From the human T2T-CHM13v2.0 reference genome, Homo sapiens: a DNA stretch of 64,000 nt. The stretch lies in the NCBI RefSeq assembly GCF_009914755.1, contig NC_060930.1. One strand, given 5' to 3'. A program made the translations under genes and the position numbers. Below the pieces are notes generated by a model. It was not told the origin of the DNA. It searched no databases and was given only the letters and a program-made list of their open reading frames with translations. Within the stretch, counting starts at the first letter, position 1; each line of letters begins with the position of its first letter. Of this stretch, positions 29,913 to 45,094 are shown one piece after another.

Positions 29913-31399
29913 GCTTGTAGTATTTCTAATGATTAATCTGGTACAACTATCATATTTGTTTCTCTCAATGTCTTGCAGTGTTTTGTTTTGTTTCTCCTGC
30001 CTCTAAACTGCCTTCGAGATGGATTTTTTATTTTTGCCTTTCTCTAGTTTGACCATGATGTGTTTGTGTGTACATGTGAGTCCCTTTTTTTGTCCTTTTC
30101 CTGTTTGGGTTTTTCCAACCTACTTGGACATGTCGTTTGTTGTATTTCATTAATTTTGGAAAATTCTAGACCATTCTTTTTAAAATGTTTCTTCTGCCCA
30201 TTCTGTTTCTATTTTTCCTGAAAAAAAAGCAATTACATGTATATGCAGATTCACACTGTTTTCAGCTTTTGGGAGCTCTGCTCTGGTTCTTCCTTCCCCA
30301 CCCTGGCTCTCAACACACATACTTTTTTCTTCTTTGCATTTCATTTTGGATACTTTTTGTTCACTTCTTCTCACTTTCAGGGATTATGGATTCTTTCCTC
30401 ACCTATATCCAAACTTTCCCTGGGTCCACCAAAGGAACCCTATCTATGATATTTTATTTATTTTTTTATTTCTAGCATTTCCATTTGACTTTTTTATATA
30501 CTTACATCTCTGAGTCTATTACTTCATCTCTTGTTAATGGTTGGGTTATTTTCTTCCTTTATTGTGTCTCATGATTTTTTAAAAATTGAATGCCAGAAAC
30601 TATGGGAGACACTTGAAAAAAAGATAAATAAAATCACTACCAGAAATGGGCATGAATCTTCTTTTGTTTATTATGTGGAATTGAGTCAATTTAGTCATAA
30701 CTCGAGCTGGTTTGGGTTTTTGTTGTTACACTCTCTAGTTGACCACAGGAAATATTTCTAGTGTTAACCTGCTGTTACTTTGTGCTTAGAGTGGGGCATG
30801 AGATGATGGTGTTCTTTTTGCTTTTGGCTTTTTCAGGCTTATCTTTCAGCAGCCTTTGCACACCTGTGACGTGAGGACATTTCTCTCTATGCAGTGCCCC
30901 TCTCCCAGTGGTAGACTGCTGTTATTTACTAGGAAGGTACTTCTTTCATACTAAATACAGAGGAAGGTTCCAGTTTCTTGTTTCAGTTTCAGCCTTATGC
31001 AGGCCTTGTATCCCTGGCCTTGGAGATAGTTCTTTATCAGATTTTTTTTTTCCTCCCATTTGTGGGAGCCCAACTCTCACATGTATTCTTGAGGCTTAGG
31101 AGGTAAAAGATCATTTATCCCTTCTCCTCTATCTCACCTAATGCAAAATTTTTATTGATGCAATATTAGGAGCCACAAAGAATTTTCTGCCCATCTCCAT
31201 GTGCAGAGAGTTCTTGCTTGTTCTTGTACTCCAGAAGCAGCAGATCTCTACTTGTGTCCTGGAAGTAGGAGGTTTCCCTCTTCCCTTCTTCAAAGGAAGA
31301 AGGCTTCTGCTTCTACTTCTCCCAAGAAGCAATGACTTTTTTTTACTGGGTCTTGTGCTGGAGTAAGAGAATTTACCATTCCTTCTCCATTTGCCTAGT

Positions 31400-31650
31400 A
31401 TAAAAGGTCTTATTCCAGGAAATAAAATTTAGATGGAAATATGATAAAGTACCTGCCTTCCAAGATCTTTCATTTTAGTTGAGGAGACAGATGAACAGTG
31501 ACATAATATCACATATCCTATCACATATTAAGAAAATGAAATTTTTAAGAAAGGCTTAGGCAGGATAAGGGGTTAGAGAATGATGGAATAGAGGGCTAAT
31601 TCTCTTTTTGTTTGTCAGAAAGAGTGACTTTTGAAAAAAGACTTGGATTA
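31400..31650 (-). mobile_element. L2 fragment
   Basis: aaagtacctgccttccaagatctttcattttagttgaggagacaga L2 3' motif. Confidence 0.55.
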
Positions 31651-32205
31651 AAACCAGTGTAAAAGTTGGACTTAAATCAAGAGTGTCAAGGAAAGTTTTG
31701 TTTCTCCAGGGTAAATGGCACAGACTATATATTTTTAGAATATTGATATATCAGGAAGTTCAAGAAGAAAATCTCCGTGGCTTTTGATCATTTTAGGTGA
31801 TCTCTGTAGCCTCACCACCTGCATCTCTGAGGATTACCTTCTCTTTTCTTTATCTTATATCTAACAACAAAAAAACCTCTGAATCATCCAATAGCAATTT
31901 AATATTATTAAAAATATAAAGATGACAAAAGTATATCTTAGTTTAAATTTGCTCAGAGTTGCATAAGGTCTTTTAGAACGCTCCAAATCAACTCTGATTC
32001 TCACACACACAGTGGCGTTTAAATGCAAATTATATTCTTAACTATTGACAAAAGGCCAATATAGAGTACACACAGAATAAGCTATAGCATGGTTTTTGTT
32101 AAGAGTAAAAGCCAAAGTCAATACCAGCTTCAGCAATGGTATACACACGAGATGAGCAATTATGCACACATAAAAATCAAGATATCAAATAATATTTTGA
32201 TACGT

Positions 32206-32625
32206 GTCAGGAAAATTCCCTACCAGAACCAAGAATGACTCTCGCAAGCAGAGGGCAAAGCAAACCATTCCATGTTGATAGATAGTCAAAGATTTATTCA
32301 GCAGGATATTTCATAAGAGGCAATCTTGGGCAGCAGTAAGGTGAGGTAAATCTCTGCATTTGCAATGCATACCTGACTAGTCTTTTATACCATGAAAAGA
32401 AAAGGGAAAGAAGAGAAAGAATAAAAAGTGTGTTAAGCCATCTGGTTGGTTTCTTAATCTATTTACTTTCTACTGAAAGGAACTGTTTGTGTCCCCCACA
32501 ATCTGGTCAACATTCCTAAGGATGCGGTGGGACTGTTCTTCCCCACATCAGTTACCTTGGTGCTTGTATGTTTTCTCCAGTCACTGTGTCCTATGACTGA
32601 CTTCCTGCTAGGTACCCAGAATACA
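32206..32625 (-). mobile_element. Probable old solo LTR, family unassigned
   Basis: TG...CA bounded, less AT-rich block with reverse poly(A) signal (aaagatttattcag). Confidence 0.35.
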
Positions 32626-33039
32626 TTTTCACAAAAATATAATAAAAGGAATATGAGAAATTGACATTGGAAATAGACTAATACTAGGTGTCTAATAGTT
32701 TAAAAATATGTCCATTTTCTGCTTAGCTAAATTTGGGCAGAAAAATGATACTCTATCCCAAAGTTGTATGGTTATGCTTATTTATTAGAAAACTGTATTT
32801 TCTGATTCTGAATCTGCAAATAATTTTTTTTTTACTTTACATATGTTGTTTTTAAGGAACCTCCAGTTCTTTGTGGAACATGTTTGTTTTACCAATTAAC
32901 TAAGTACATGCATTAATATTTTTTAAATAGTTCATGTGTCTGTCCTCCACTTGTATAATTAAAACATTTTTGCACAAATAAAAACATATGTGTACATATA
33001 GATCTATATATGTGATGAAATCATATATAATGAAAACAT

Positions 33040-33285
33040 TTCCTGAACTTTATTCAATAAAACACATGACGTTAAAAATTAGTCTGCAAAAAGGAGTTCT
33101 CTAGTCAAATATATTTGGGAAATCTTAGTTTAAATAACATTAAAAATATTTTTTTAGGCTCATTGTGGAACTCAATGAGGCAACCAATTTTGCATTTCCT
33201 ACAAATAATTTATCACAGATTTTTGTTTTTCTTACAGAACTTTACAAACATCTCAGTAATATCATTTGCAAAACTTAACTAGTCA
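33040..33285. mobile_element. MER33-like hAT-Charlie remnant
   Basis: tagtcaaatatatttgggaaatcttagtttaaataac resembles MER33. Confidence 0.35.
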
Positions 33286-34019
33286 AATATTAATAATTAC
33301 TCGTAGAATTATGCACTAATGTAATATACAATATGACAAATATTTTAAATATAATAACACTTAATACAGTAGCTATTTCAATATAGTTCCACTATTTTCT
33401 AACGTTACTCTATCTTCCACATTCTACATAATAACCTAGAAAGTTGATGCTACCAACATTACTATAAATTTTTGGCATTTCTAAATGCTGTTCAATATAA
33501 GACTTCTCAGCTATTACTTTGTGGACTCTTCAGCAAAATACAGATGACACAGGAAGATTTATTAGAATTAGATCTCATTCTTCAGCAGCAATCAATTGCT
33601 ATGTGTAGTCCAAGGAGGCAGAGGCCACCCATAGCAAGTCTACCACCCCAGAACTGCTAATAAACTATTGGATATCATCTAATTTCTGCAACCAAGATCT
33701 AAAGCCCACAGAGGGGAGACCTAATATGGAATATTCCTTTCAGAAAGCTATTTTATTTGGTCTTATTACTAGAATTAGTTACAACTCTGAAGAAATACAA
33801 TCCAAATAGGACAAACTGAATTATTCAATGTCACTTAATTATCAAGAGGTTGATCCTGGAAAAGATTTAGAAAGAGCTCTGGGCTCTTACACTATTCCAC
33901 TTTGAAGCATTGATAGAACTGTTTTCTTACCTTTGTAAGACTTCTTGATTTTAGAATTCTCAAAAGGAAATAGAGTAGAAACCCCTGTAGATCAGGTTTT
34001 CTGACCTTGTTCTTTTTAT

Positions 34020-36712
34020 ATATATAATTTCAACTTTTATTTTAGACTCGGGCTACATGTACTGGGTATACTGCATGATGGAGGTTTGGGGTACAAGTTA
34101 TTCCATCACCCAGTGTGATGATGGTTGAATGTCAACTTGATTGGGTTGAAGGAAACAAAGTATTGTTCTTGGGTGTGTCTGTGAGGGTGTTACCAAAGGA
34201 GATTAACATTTGAGTCAGTGGACTGAGAGAGGCAGGCCCACCATCTAATCAGTTGCTAGCATGGCTGGGATAAAAGCAGGCAGAGGGACGTGGAAGGACT
34301 AGACTGGCTGAGTCTTCTGGCCTTCATCTTTCTTCCATGCTGGATGCTTCCTGCCCTCAAATATCAGACTCCAAGTTCTTCAGCTTTTGGACTCTGGATT
34401 TATAGTGGTTTGCCAGGGGCTCTAGGGCCTTCGGCCACAGACTGAGGGCTGCACTGTCAGCTTCCCTACTTTTGAGGTTTTGGGACTTGGACTGGCTTCC
34501 TTGTTCCTCAGCTTGCAGACAGCCTATTGTGGGACTTCATCTTGTGATTGTGTGAGTCAGTACTCCTTAATAAACTCCCTTTCATATGTACATCTATCCT
34601 AGTAGTCTTGTTCCTCTAGAGATCCCTAATATACCCAGGTACTGAGCATAGTACCGAATAGGTAGTTTTTCAGCTCTTCCTCCACTTCCCTACTGCCAAG
34701 TAGTCCCCATGTCTATTGTTCTCATCTTTATGTGCATGTGTATCCAATGCTTAGCTCCCACTTGCAAATAAGAACATGTGGTATTTTTTTTCTATTCCTG
34801 TGTTAATTTGCTTAGAATATTGTCCTCCATCTGCATCTATGTGGCTGCAAAGGGCATAATTTTATTTTTTTCTGGCTATGTAATATTCCATGGTATATAT
34901 TTACCACATTTTCTTTATCCAGTCCACCGTTAATGGGCATTTAGTTTGACATGTCTTTGCTATTGTGAATACCTAGTAATGGAATTGCTAGGTTGAATGG
35001 TAGTTTTAAGCTTTTTTTTTTTTTTTTTTTTTTTGAGAAATCTCCAAGCTTTCCACAGTGGCTGGCATAATTTACATTCCCATGAACCATGAATAAGCAT
35101 TCCCTTTTCTCTGCAACCCCACCAGCATCTGTTATTTTTTGACTTTTTAACAATAGTGATTCTGACCAGTGTGAGGTGGTATTTCATTGTGGTTTTGATT
35201 TGCATTTCTCTGATTATTAGTGAATGCTGAGCATTTTTTCATGTTTGTTGGCTGCTTGTTTGTCCTCTTTAGAGACCCACTTTTTAATAGGATTATTTGT
35301 TTTTTGCTTGTTGATTTTTTAACTTTTTTATAGACTGTAGATATGCACCTTTGTCAGATATATAGTTTGCAAATATTTTTCCCCATTCTGTAGGTTGTCC
35401 GTTTACTCTGTTGATAGTTTCTTTCAGTATGCAGAAGCTTTTTAGTTTAATTAGATACCAGTTGTCAATTTTTGTTTTAGTTGCAATTACTTTTGAGGAC
35501 TTAGTCATAAATTATTTCCCAAGGCCATTGTCCAGAATGGTATTTCCTAGGTTTTCCTCTAGTTTAAGGTCTTACATTTAAATCTTTAATCCATCTTGAG
35601 TTCTTGAGTTGATTTTTGTATATGTTGAAAGGTGGGGATCCAGTTTCATTCTTCTGCAAATGGATAGTCAGCCATCCTAGCACCATTTATTGAATAGGGA
35701 GTCCTTTCCCTGTTGCTTATTTTTGTCAACTTTGTCAAAGATTGATGGCTGTAGGTGTGTGGCTTTATATCTGCTTTCTCTATTCTGTTTTATTTGTTTG
35801 TGTGTCTATTTTTGTACCAGTACCATGCTGCTTTGGTTATTGTAGGTTAATTGTATATAGTTTAAAGTTGGGTAATTTGATGCCTCCAACTTTGTTCTTT
35901 TTGCTTAGGATTGCATTGTCTATTTGGATTCTATTTTGAATCCATATGAATTTTAGATTATTTTTTAATTCTGTAAAAAATGACACTGGTAGTTTGATAG
36001 GAATAGTGTTAAATCTGTAGATTTCTTTGGTCAGTATGGCCATTTTCATGGTATTACCTTTTCCAGTGCAAGAGCATGAGATGTTTTTCCATTCATTTGT
36101 ATCATTTATGATTTCTTTCAGCAGTGTTTTGTAATTATTGTGGAGATCTTTCATCGTGGTTAGATGTATTCCTAGGTATCTTATTTTGTGGCTATTATAA
36201 ATGAGATTGCATTCTTAATTTGGCTCTCAGCTTGGACATTATTGGTGTATAGGAATGCTACTAATTTTTGTAATTTGGTTTATATCCTGAAACTTTACTG
36301 ACATTGTTTATCAGTTCCAGGAGCCTTTTGATGGAATCTTTGGGGATTACTAGGTATAGAATCATATAATCAATGAAGAGAGATAATTTGACTTCTTCTT
36401 TTTCTATTTGGATTCCTTTTATTTTTTTCTCTTCCCTGATGGCTCTGGCAAGGACTTCCAGTACTATGTTGGATAGGAGTGGTGAGAGTGCACATTCTTG
36501 TCCTTGTTCTTGTTCTTAAGGAGAATGCTTACAGCTTTACCCATGCAGTTTGATGTTAGTTGTGGGTTGTCATAGATGGCTCTTAATATTTTGAGATGTG
36601 TTCCTTCGATGCCTTGTATGTTGAGGGTTTTTATCATGAAGGGATGTTGGATTTTATTAAAAGGTTCTCCCATGACTATTGAGATGATTTTTATTTTTAA
36701 TTCTGTTTATGT
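34020..36712 (-). mobile_element. L1PA15/16-like 3' ~2.2 kb, interrupted by MLT2A
   Basis: ORFs 35837-36154 ([15 protein letters not shown]...[12 protein letters not shown]) and 36464-36673 are L1 ORF2p remnants; 3'UTR at the left end. Confidence 0.92.
34114..34633 (+). mobile_element. MLT2A (MLT2A1-like) solo LTR of HERV-L
   Basis: tgtgatg...gtcaacttgattggg...taataaactcccttt...gttcctctagaga; 5-bp TSD CCCAG. Confidence 0.92.
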
Positions 36713-36749
36713 GTGTCATCCTGTTTTGATCATCAACTCTTCATTTCAT

Positions 36750-37180
36750 TGATGAGAGAGGGCTTCCTGCCCGAGGGTTATGAGGAGAGCTTAACAGTGA
36801 CACCTGATCCTGGACAAATGAAACAGACCATAGTTTATTAGTCACTTATAGTCACAGCTCAGGAGATGAGAACACTCACTATGCAGGGCCACACAATGGA
36901 TACTCTCAGGGGAAAAAGTGAACAATAGGAGGATTTAGGAGGCAGATTTTGTAGTATCAAGAGGCCAAAGTGTCCCCTGGGCCCTGCAGAAGGATGTTAT
37001 TGTTTCCTGTGAATAATTCTACAGGCTTCCAATGAACCCACTACACAGGACTAAGCAGGAATTACAATTCACAAGGAGAAATTTCTTTTAGCTAAGGGAT
37101 CTTATTTACCAAAACGGAGAGGAAGGTAATGTGGTTAATTTATTAAAACCTCTCTCAATTTTATCAGATGTCAAGGCAAC
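36750..37180 (-). mobile_element. ERVL solo LTR (MER54/LTR53/MER74 group)
   Basis: Reverse start tgttgccttgacatctg; reverse AATAAA (gtttattagtcac). Confidence 0.55.
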
Positions 37181-37232
37181 AGATAATATTAATTTTAGGC
37201 CTTATACCACTTGCTCTTGGCATTATTATCAT

Positions 37233-37425
37233 GTAGGGTTTGGATAAACCTTTGCGGTGGTGGCTCCCATGTGCGTTGTAGGATGTTTTCCTGAAGCCCT
37301 GGCCCCTAGCCATTTGATGCCAGTAGCCACTTCCCCCACCATCTCCAGATGCGACCATCAAAAATATCTCCCAGCATTGCTAAATGTCCACCAAGAGACA
37401 AAAGCATCCACAGTTGAGAACCATG
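37233..37425 (+). mobile_element. MER20
   Basis: gtgcgttgtaggatgttt...gatgccagtagc...aaaaatatctcccagcattgctaaatgtcc...gttgagaaccatg. Confidence 0.8.
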
Positions 37426-37639
37426 CCAGACAAGCAGAATTGCATGCCCTCATCTACAAATGTGGATGGGATCTCTATAGGACACCTATGATTCCATTTG
37501 AAAATCACATGAGTCTTAGTTACTATAGGAGCATGAAGTACTCATTAGGATTGTTGAGGAAAATATAATCTCTTTATTTGTGTCATTTGTTCCCTTCCCT
37601 TCAGACTTTTTTCCTCTGCATATTTGGTCTTTCATGAGT

Positions 37640-39950
<2,311 letters not shown>

Positions 39951-40649
39951 AGTTATGCTTACTTCTATTTTCTGTGAATAGATTAACATTCTAACTGAAC
40001 TTACTTCTGAAGAATTTCATCTTAAAATTGCCATTTACTTCTTTCAAAGCTTAATGAAAAAGTGGAGTAAACTCATTACCTCTATTTCATCATCAGTCAC
40101 TTCATCTGACGGGGTATTGATAACTTCTTGTTTTCAATTTCTATCTTCCTCAGGGATATTTCTACAACATCTGAAGGCATTGATTTTACCTGGTTAGATA
40201 TTATCTTCTCAAATTTACTGCACAGCAACGTGCACTCTCAATTCTCTTCCATCTCTGATGATTATTTCCACGTCTCCTCTTTGGCAGCTTTCCTTAAGAC
40301 ATATCTGTCTAAATATACAAGATTTACTGACCAATAGTTTTGTCTGTTTCATTGGTTCACAAAGCTTCAACAAATGTCATTTTCATGAACATTACTGTCA
40401 AATCTATTTTTTAATAAGAATTTTTAAAAATAGTTTGAAAATTATAATCTTATAGAGACTTATTATGATGAAATAGCTGATATTCATTTATTCATTTCCA
40501 AATTCAAATTGCTAATTAATTGCTGGACATTTCAAGTAAGTATATGATCTCTTGGCTCCTCAAATCCAACATAAGAAAAACAAACTTACTTCTTTTTAAA
40601 TCAAACTTCATCTTCCCTATTTAGTAAACACTTTCACAATTATTTTTTA

Positions 40650-40929
40650 ATACAATAAACAATAATTTATTGGCTCACAGTTCTGGAGGCTGGGAAGTCC
40701 AAGATCAAGATGCCAACATCTTGCAAGGGTCTTCTTGCTGTGTCATCATGTGGTGGAAGGTGAGAGGGTAAGCGGGAGTGAATCCACTTTTTCAAGCCCT
40801 TTTTATGATGGCATTAATCCATTCATGAGGGCTCTGCCTTTGTGACTTAATTACCTCCTTAAGGCCCTACCTTCCAACATTATAACATTGGGTGGGTTAG
40901 GTTTCAACCTGTGAATTTTGGAGGGGACA
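40650..40929 (-). mobile_element. MaLR LTR fragment (MSTD/MLT1A-like)
   Basis: tttattggctcacagttctggaggctggg...acattcaaaccatagca. Confidence 0.8.
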
Positions 40930-41379
40930 CACACATTCAAACCATAGCACTGAAGTATCAGAAAATGAACTATTTGAATGTTGAAATTACCAAGAATTAT
41001 GACAGGATTAGAATTGGAGAGAAACGAGTACAATTTACCAGTAGAAAGTATTAGAAGACAAATAAACATATACAGCAAATGACCCATTTGTACATAGGAA
41101 TCATTTCATATATATGAATTCATAATTTAAGATGATTGTTCAAATTTGTGTGGAAAGGACGGGATACACTGTAAATGATATTGGAACAACTCTATTCACT
41201 GGGAAAATAATACAGTTTTACTCATTCCTCACGCTATCTACAAGAGTAACTTTTAAAGTGACTAAATTCTCATAATATTGAGATGCAGAAAGTTTTCCTA
41301 AGTCTGAGATCACAAGAAATGGTAATAGTTAATATTTATTGCACCATGTCCTATGGTGGTTACCATTCTAAGAACTTGG

Positions 41380-42242
41380 TTTTTAATTTACCTTTTTTTA
41401 TAAGTTCAGGGGTACATGTGTAGATTTGTTATATAGGTAAAGTTTGTCATGAGGGTTTGTTGTATAGATTATTTCATCATCCAGGTATTAAGCCTAGTAC
41501 CCATTAATTATGTTTTCTGATCCTCTCCTCCTCCCAGCCTCTACCCTCAAGAAGGCCCCAGTGTCTGTTGTTGCTCTCTACGTGTTCATGTGTTCTCGTC
41601 ATTCAGCTCCCACTTATAAGTGAGAATATGGGATATTTGTTTTCTTTTTTTTTTTTTTCCTGTTCCTGCATTAGTTTGCTAAGGATAATGACCTCCAGCT
41701 ACTTTCATGTTCCCACAAAGGCCATGATCGTGTTCTTTATTTTGGCTGCATAGTATTCTGTGGTGTATATGTACCACATTTTCTTTATTCAGTCTGCTAT
41801 CGATGGGCATTTAGGTTGATTCTGTGTCTTTGCTATTGTGAAGAGCACTGCAATGAACATGTGCATGCATGTGTCTTTATGGTAGCATGATTTATGTTCC
41901 TTTGGGCATATACCTAGTCATGGGATTGCTGGGGTGAATGATAGTTCTGTTTTCAGCTCTTTGAGGGATCCATCATACTATCTTCCATAATGGTTAATAT
42001 ACTTTATACTCCTACCAACATTGTATAAGCATTCCCTTTTCTCCACAACCTCACCATCATCTGTTATTTGTTGACTTTTTAATAGTAGCCATTCTGACTT
42101 TTGTGAGATGATATTTCATTGTGGTTTTGATTTGCATTTCCCTAATGATCAGTGGTGTTGAGCTATTTTTCATGTAATTGTTGCCTACATGTACAACCCC
42201 ATTAAAAAGTGGGCAAAAGACATGAACAGACACTTTTCAAAA
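41380..42242 (-). mobile_element. L1PA (PA10-13-like) 3' end with a 50-bp inverted 5' segment (42193-42242)
   Basis: Minus L1 3'UTR/ORF2 end, then plus-strand acaaccccattaaaaagtgggcaaaagacatgaacagacacttttcaaaa. Confidence 0.9.
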
Positions 42243-42882
42243 CAACACAATTATTTCACTCATTTGAACTGTAAGACCTCTACTTTAGTCATAACCCAAA
42301 TCTCTAGCCTGCTTTTTTGTTGTTGTTGCAGTTGGAATCTGGTGCCCTTTATAAACTTCAGTATGCTCTGTGACTCCTGTCTTTATTGCTCCTACATCCT
42401 TTTACTCTTGCTATTTTGTCAACCTAGAATAACTTGTTCATTCTTCTCTGCCTGGTGAAATTCTACCCATTCCAATAGGTACTGGTTCAGATATATCCTT
42501 TACTCCATAATCATTAGAGGAATAACCATGAAGCATACATATTATGTTCTCTATTTTTCTTTTTTAATATCCAACTTTATACACTCATTCTGCAGATACT
42601 AAACCTGTTTGAAAATCTCTCATCAAAAGACTGTGTTTTCTAATTAAGTATTGAATGAATATTTTATACATTTATTATTTAATGAATCTCTTTGCCTTAT
42701 TGGTATTTTTTCTATAAATCCATGAATGTCTTTTGATTTAGCATCTGCCTTTAAACTTATACTTTCGTACTTCATTTTTGGAGGATTTATAAATTATTAA
42801 ATATACTTTTTGAAAATGAAAATGGCATCTCATTGAGAGTCTTACTGAAGACCTAGTAAAATCAATAGCTTTTTACTTTCAG

Positions 42883-42957
42883 GAGGCCTGCATTATTGTT
42901 GTCGAGTTCAAAATCATCTTTCAAAATCAAGAATTGACATCAGTTCATTACCCACGG
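42883..42957 (+). other. Candidate 75-nt internal exon
   Basis: Acceptor gctttttactttcag, donor CGG|gtgagt, length divisible by 3, two open frames, non-repetitive context. No transcript evidence. Confidence 0.3.
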
Positions 42958-44347
42958 GTGAGTACACACATACACACACATGCACACACACACCATATTT
43001 ACACATAGGTGCTGAGAATCTGTTCAGTGATATATTTGCAAATAATCTTCAAAAATATGATTTTCATATTTGTGTGGACCTATTTATGCATTTCCTCATT
43101 CCTCATATCAATTAACCTATTAACCAAGAATTACAAGAATATAGAAAGGAAGAATGAGACAGTGACAGTGTTTGTTCCTAAACAGAGACTGTTAGAAAAT
43201 TCAATATGATAAGAAAATAAATGATAAGGCAAAGCCTACTACCTGATTTCCAGGTTTAATTCGCATTTACTGTTTTACCAATTCTGGAAATAAGGAATAT
43301 GGTTATTTTTATTACTATCTGTGCTTATGTAGTAACCAGCCTCCATCAAAGAAAATGTGAAATGTAGTAGAAAAAAGAAAGTAGCAAAAGTTTAAAAATA
43401 GCTTAATTTCACAGTAATTCAAGTAATCATACTATGCTATGCCATTAGTGAAGAAATGAGATTTCCTCTGGAAATCTCTTCTCCAGTCCCAGGCCTTTTG
43501 CTTTATATTAGATTCTAGTAAAGCCACAAAATATTTATCTATATTATATGTTATGACATTTTATGTTAAGAAATATAATAAAGTGTTTCATCATTTATAC
43601 ACATTTCTTTATTCATAATTTCACTTTTCGTGTTCTACTGACTGAAGTAGCTATAACATTTTTTTTCTGAATGTACAGACTGCTGAGGCCTAGATTAAAA
43701 ACCTATATTTAGTTAGTTTGTTTGCATTTCATTTCCTGTATCTGTGAGAAAATGAATGCTTAAATGACTTTTAGCATGGTTGCTTAAGTATTTGTTCCTT
43801 TTCCTGTTGTGGTGGCAAGAGTCTTATTAAATTTTGTTTTAAGGTGGATACTTTAAGTGGCCTTTCTTTGTATAAACTGAAAAACTGGCAATTTTAAGGA
43901 ACATTTAAAGGTAGATACAGTTAAAATAAAACATTTATTTGCATTGCTCTTGGAGATAAGAATGAAAAACATTTAAAACAAGAAAGAGATCTTTTTTAGG
44001 ATTTTTATTTTTGAAATGTATTATGAGAAAATTTTGAGTAAACTATGTTAAATTTAATTAACTACAGTAATGTAGGATTAAATACAATAAAATTTTTTAT
44101 TACTTTTTACTGTATTGTTTCTTATAAGTTTTTATTTTTCTCAACAAGATATATTCTCTTTCACTTTAAAGAGAAGTCTAATAATACTAATTAAGCCCTA
44201 GTATAAATTCTGGTATTGAAATTATGCTTGTTTGTAATTATTAAAAGGGCTTTAAGATAACAGTTTTTGGGAAAAGGGGCTTAAGACAACAGGCTCTTTG
44301 GGTTTATTATTATTTATAGCAGTTGACTAAAAAATAAGTAGTGATAT

Positions 44348-44490
44348 TATTAGTAGTAATACTACTATTAGTATTATAATAGTAGTAATACTATTAGTAG
44401 TATAATAGTAGTAATACTATTAGTAGTATAATAGTAGTAATACTATTAGTAGTAATACCACTATTAGTATTATAATAGTAGTAATACTAA
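44348..44490. repeat. 26-bp AT-rich minisatellite (atagtagtaatactattagtagtata), ~5 degenerate units
   Basis: Exact copies at 44379-44404 and 44405-44430, with degenerate flanking units. Confidence 0.9.
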
Positions 44491-45053
44491 AATCAAGTCA
44501 TAGACTCTAAAATGGACATGCATCTTTTCATTAATATTGCAAGACAGTAGCAAAAGTTGTCAAAGAGCTGAGTACAGATAGGTTCCAAAAACTGACAGTG
44601 AAACAAAACCATTTATTCATTCATCACTGATTTCAATGTACAGATACAAGGCAAACGTTGAAATGCCTAGGTATATCTAATAAAGAGTCACCGAGTCATC
44701 AAAAATCACTACAAGGCAGTTTGAGAAAAAATGGCAGCATGAAGGCAAACATTCTGTTTACTACCATTCTTAAAACTATCTAAAACAACCAAAAAATAAA
44801 AATCAAGGAAAAGTATGTTAATAAAGCAGAGAAAGTAAAAATTCGAAACCAAAAATATGAAGAAAAATAATTCATACCATAAATTTGAATATATATGAAG
44901 TACAATGTTGACAGCATATATGCAAATCAATAAACCTCAGGTGGATGTACACTTTCCTAGAAGTAGTAAAGTAACTGTCACATCTTTAAGGTTCCACCTA
45001 CCAATCTGAATTACAGTGAGCATATCTAACAGTGAGGGCCTACCATGGAAAAA

Positions 45054-45094
45054 GCGTGTGTGTATGTGTGTGCGCGCACGCGCATACACACATA
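45054..45094. repeat. Alternating purine-pyrimidine near-palindrome (TG)n-(CG)-(CA)n
   Basis: gcgtgtgtgtatgtgtgtgcgcgcacgcgcatacacacata. Confidence 0.9.

Larger units (their letters stand above)
28830..31390 (-). mobile_element. Old L1M 5' region/ORF1, interrupted by Alus and an L1PB tail
   Basis: T-rich reverse ORF1-like text (cactccattgttttctagcttg; ttttggaaaattctagaccatt). Boundaries approximate. Confidence 0.55.

Noticed and set aside
35012-35034. T23 tract inside L1 as a separate insertion
   Set aside because: No TSD seen; compatible with slippage expansion of a native short T run.
44348-44490. CRISPR-like array
   Set aside because: No unique spacers; eukaryotic low-complexity minisatellite.
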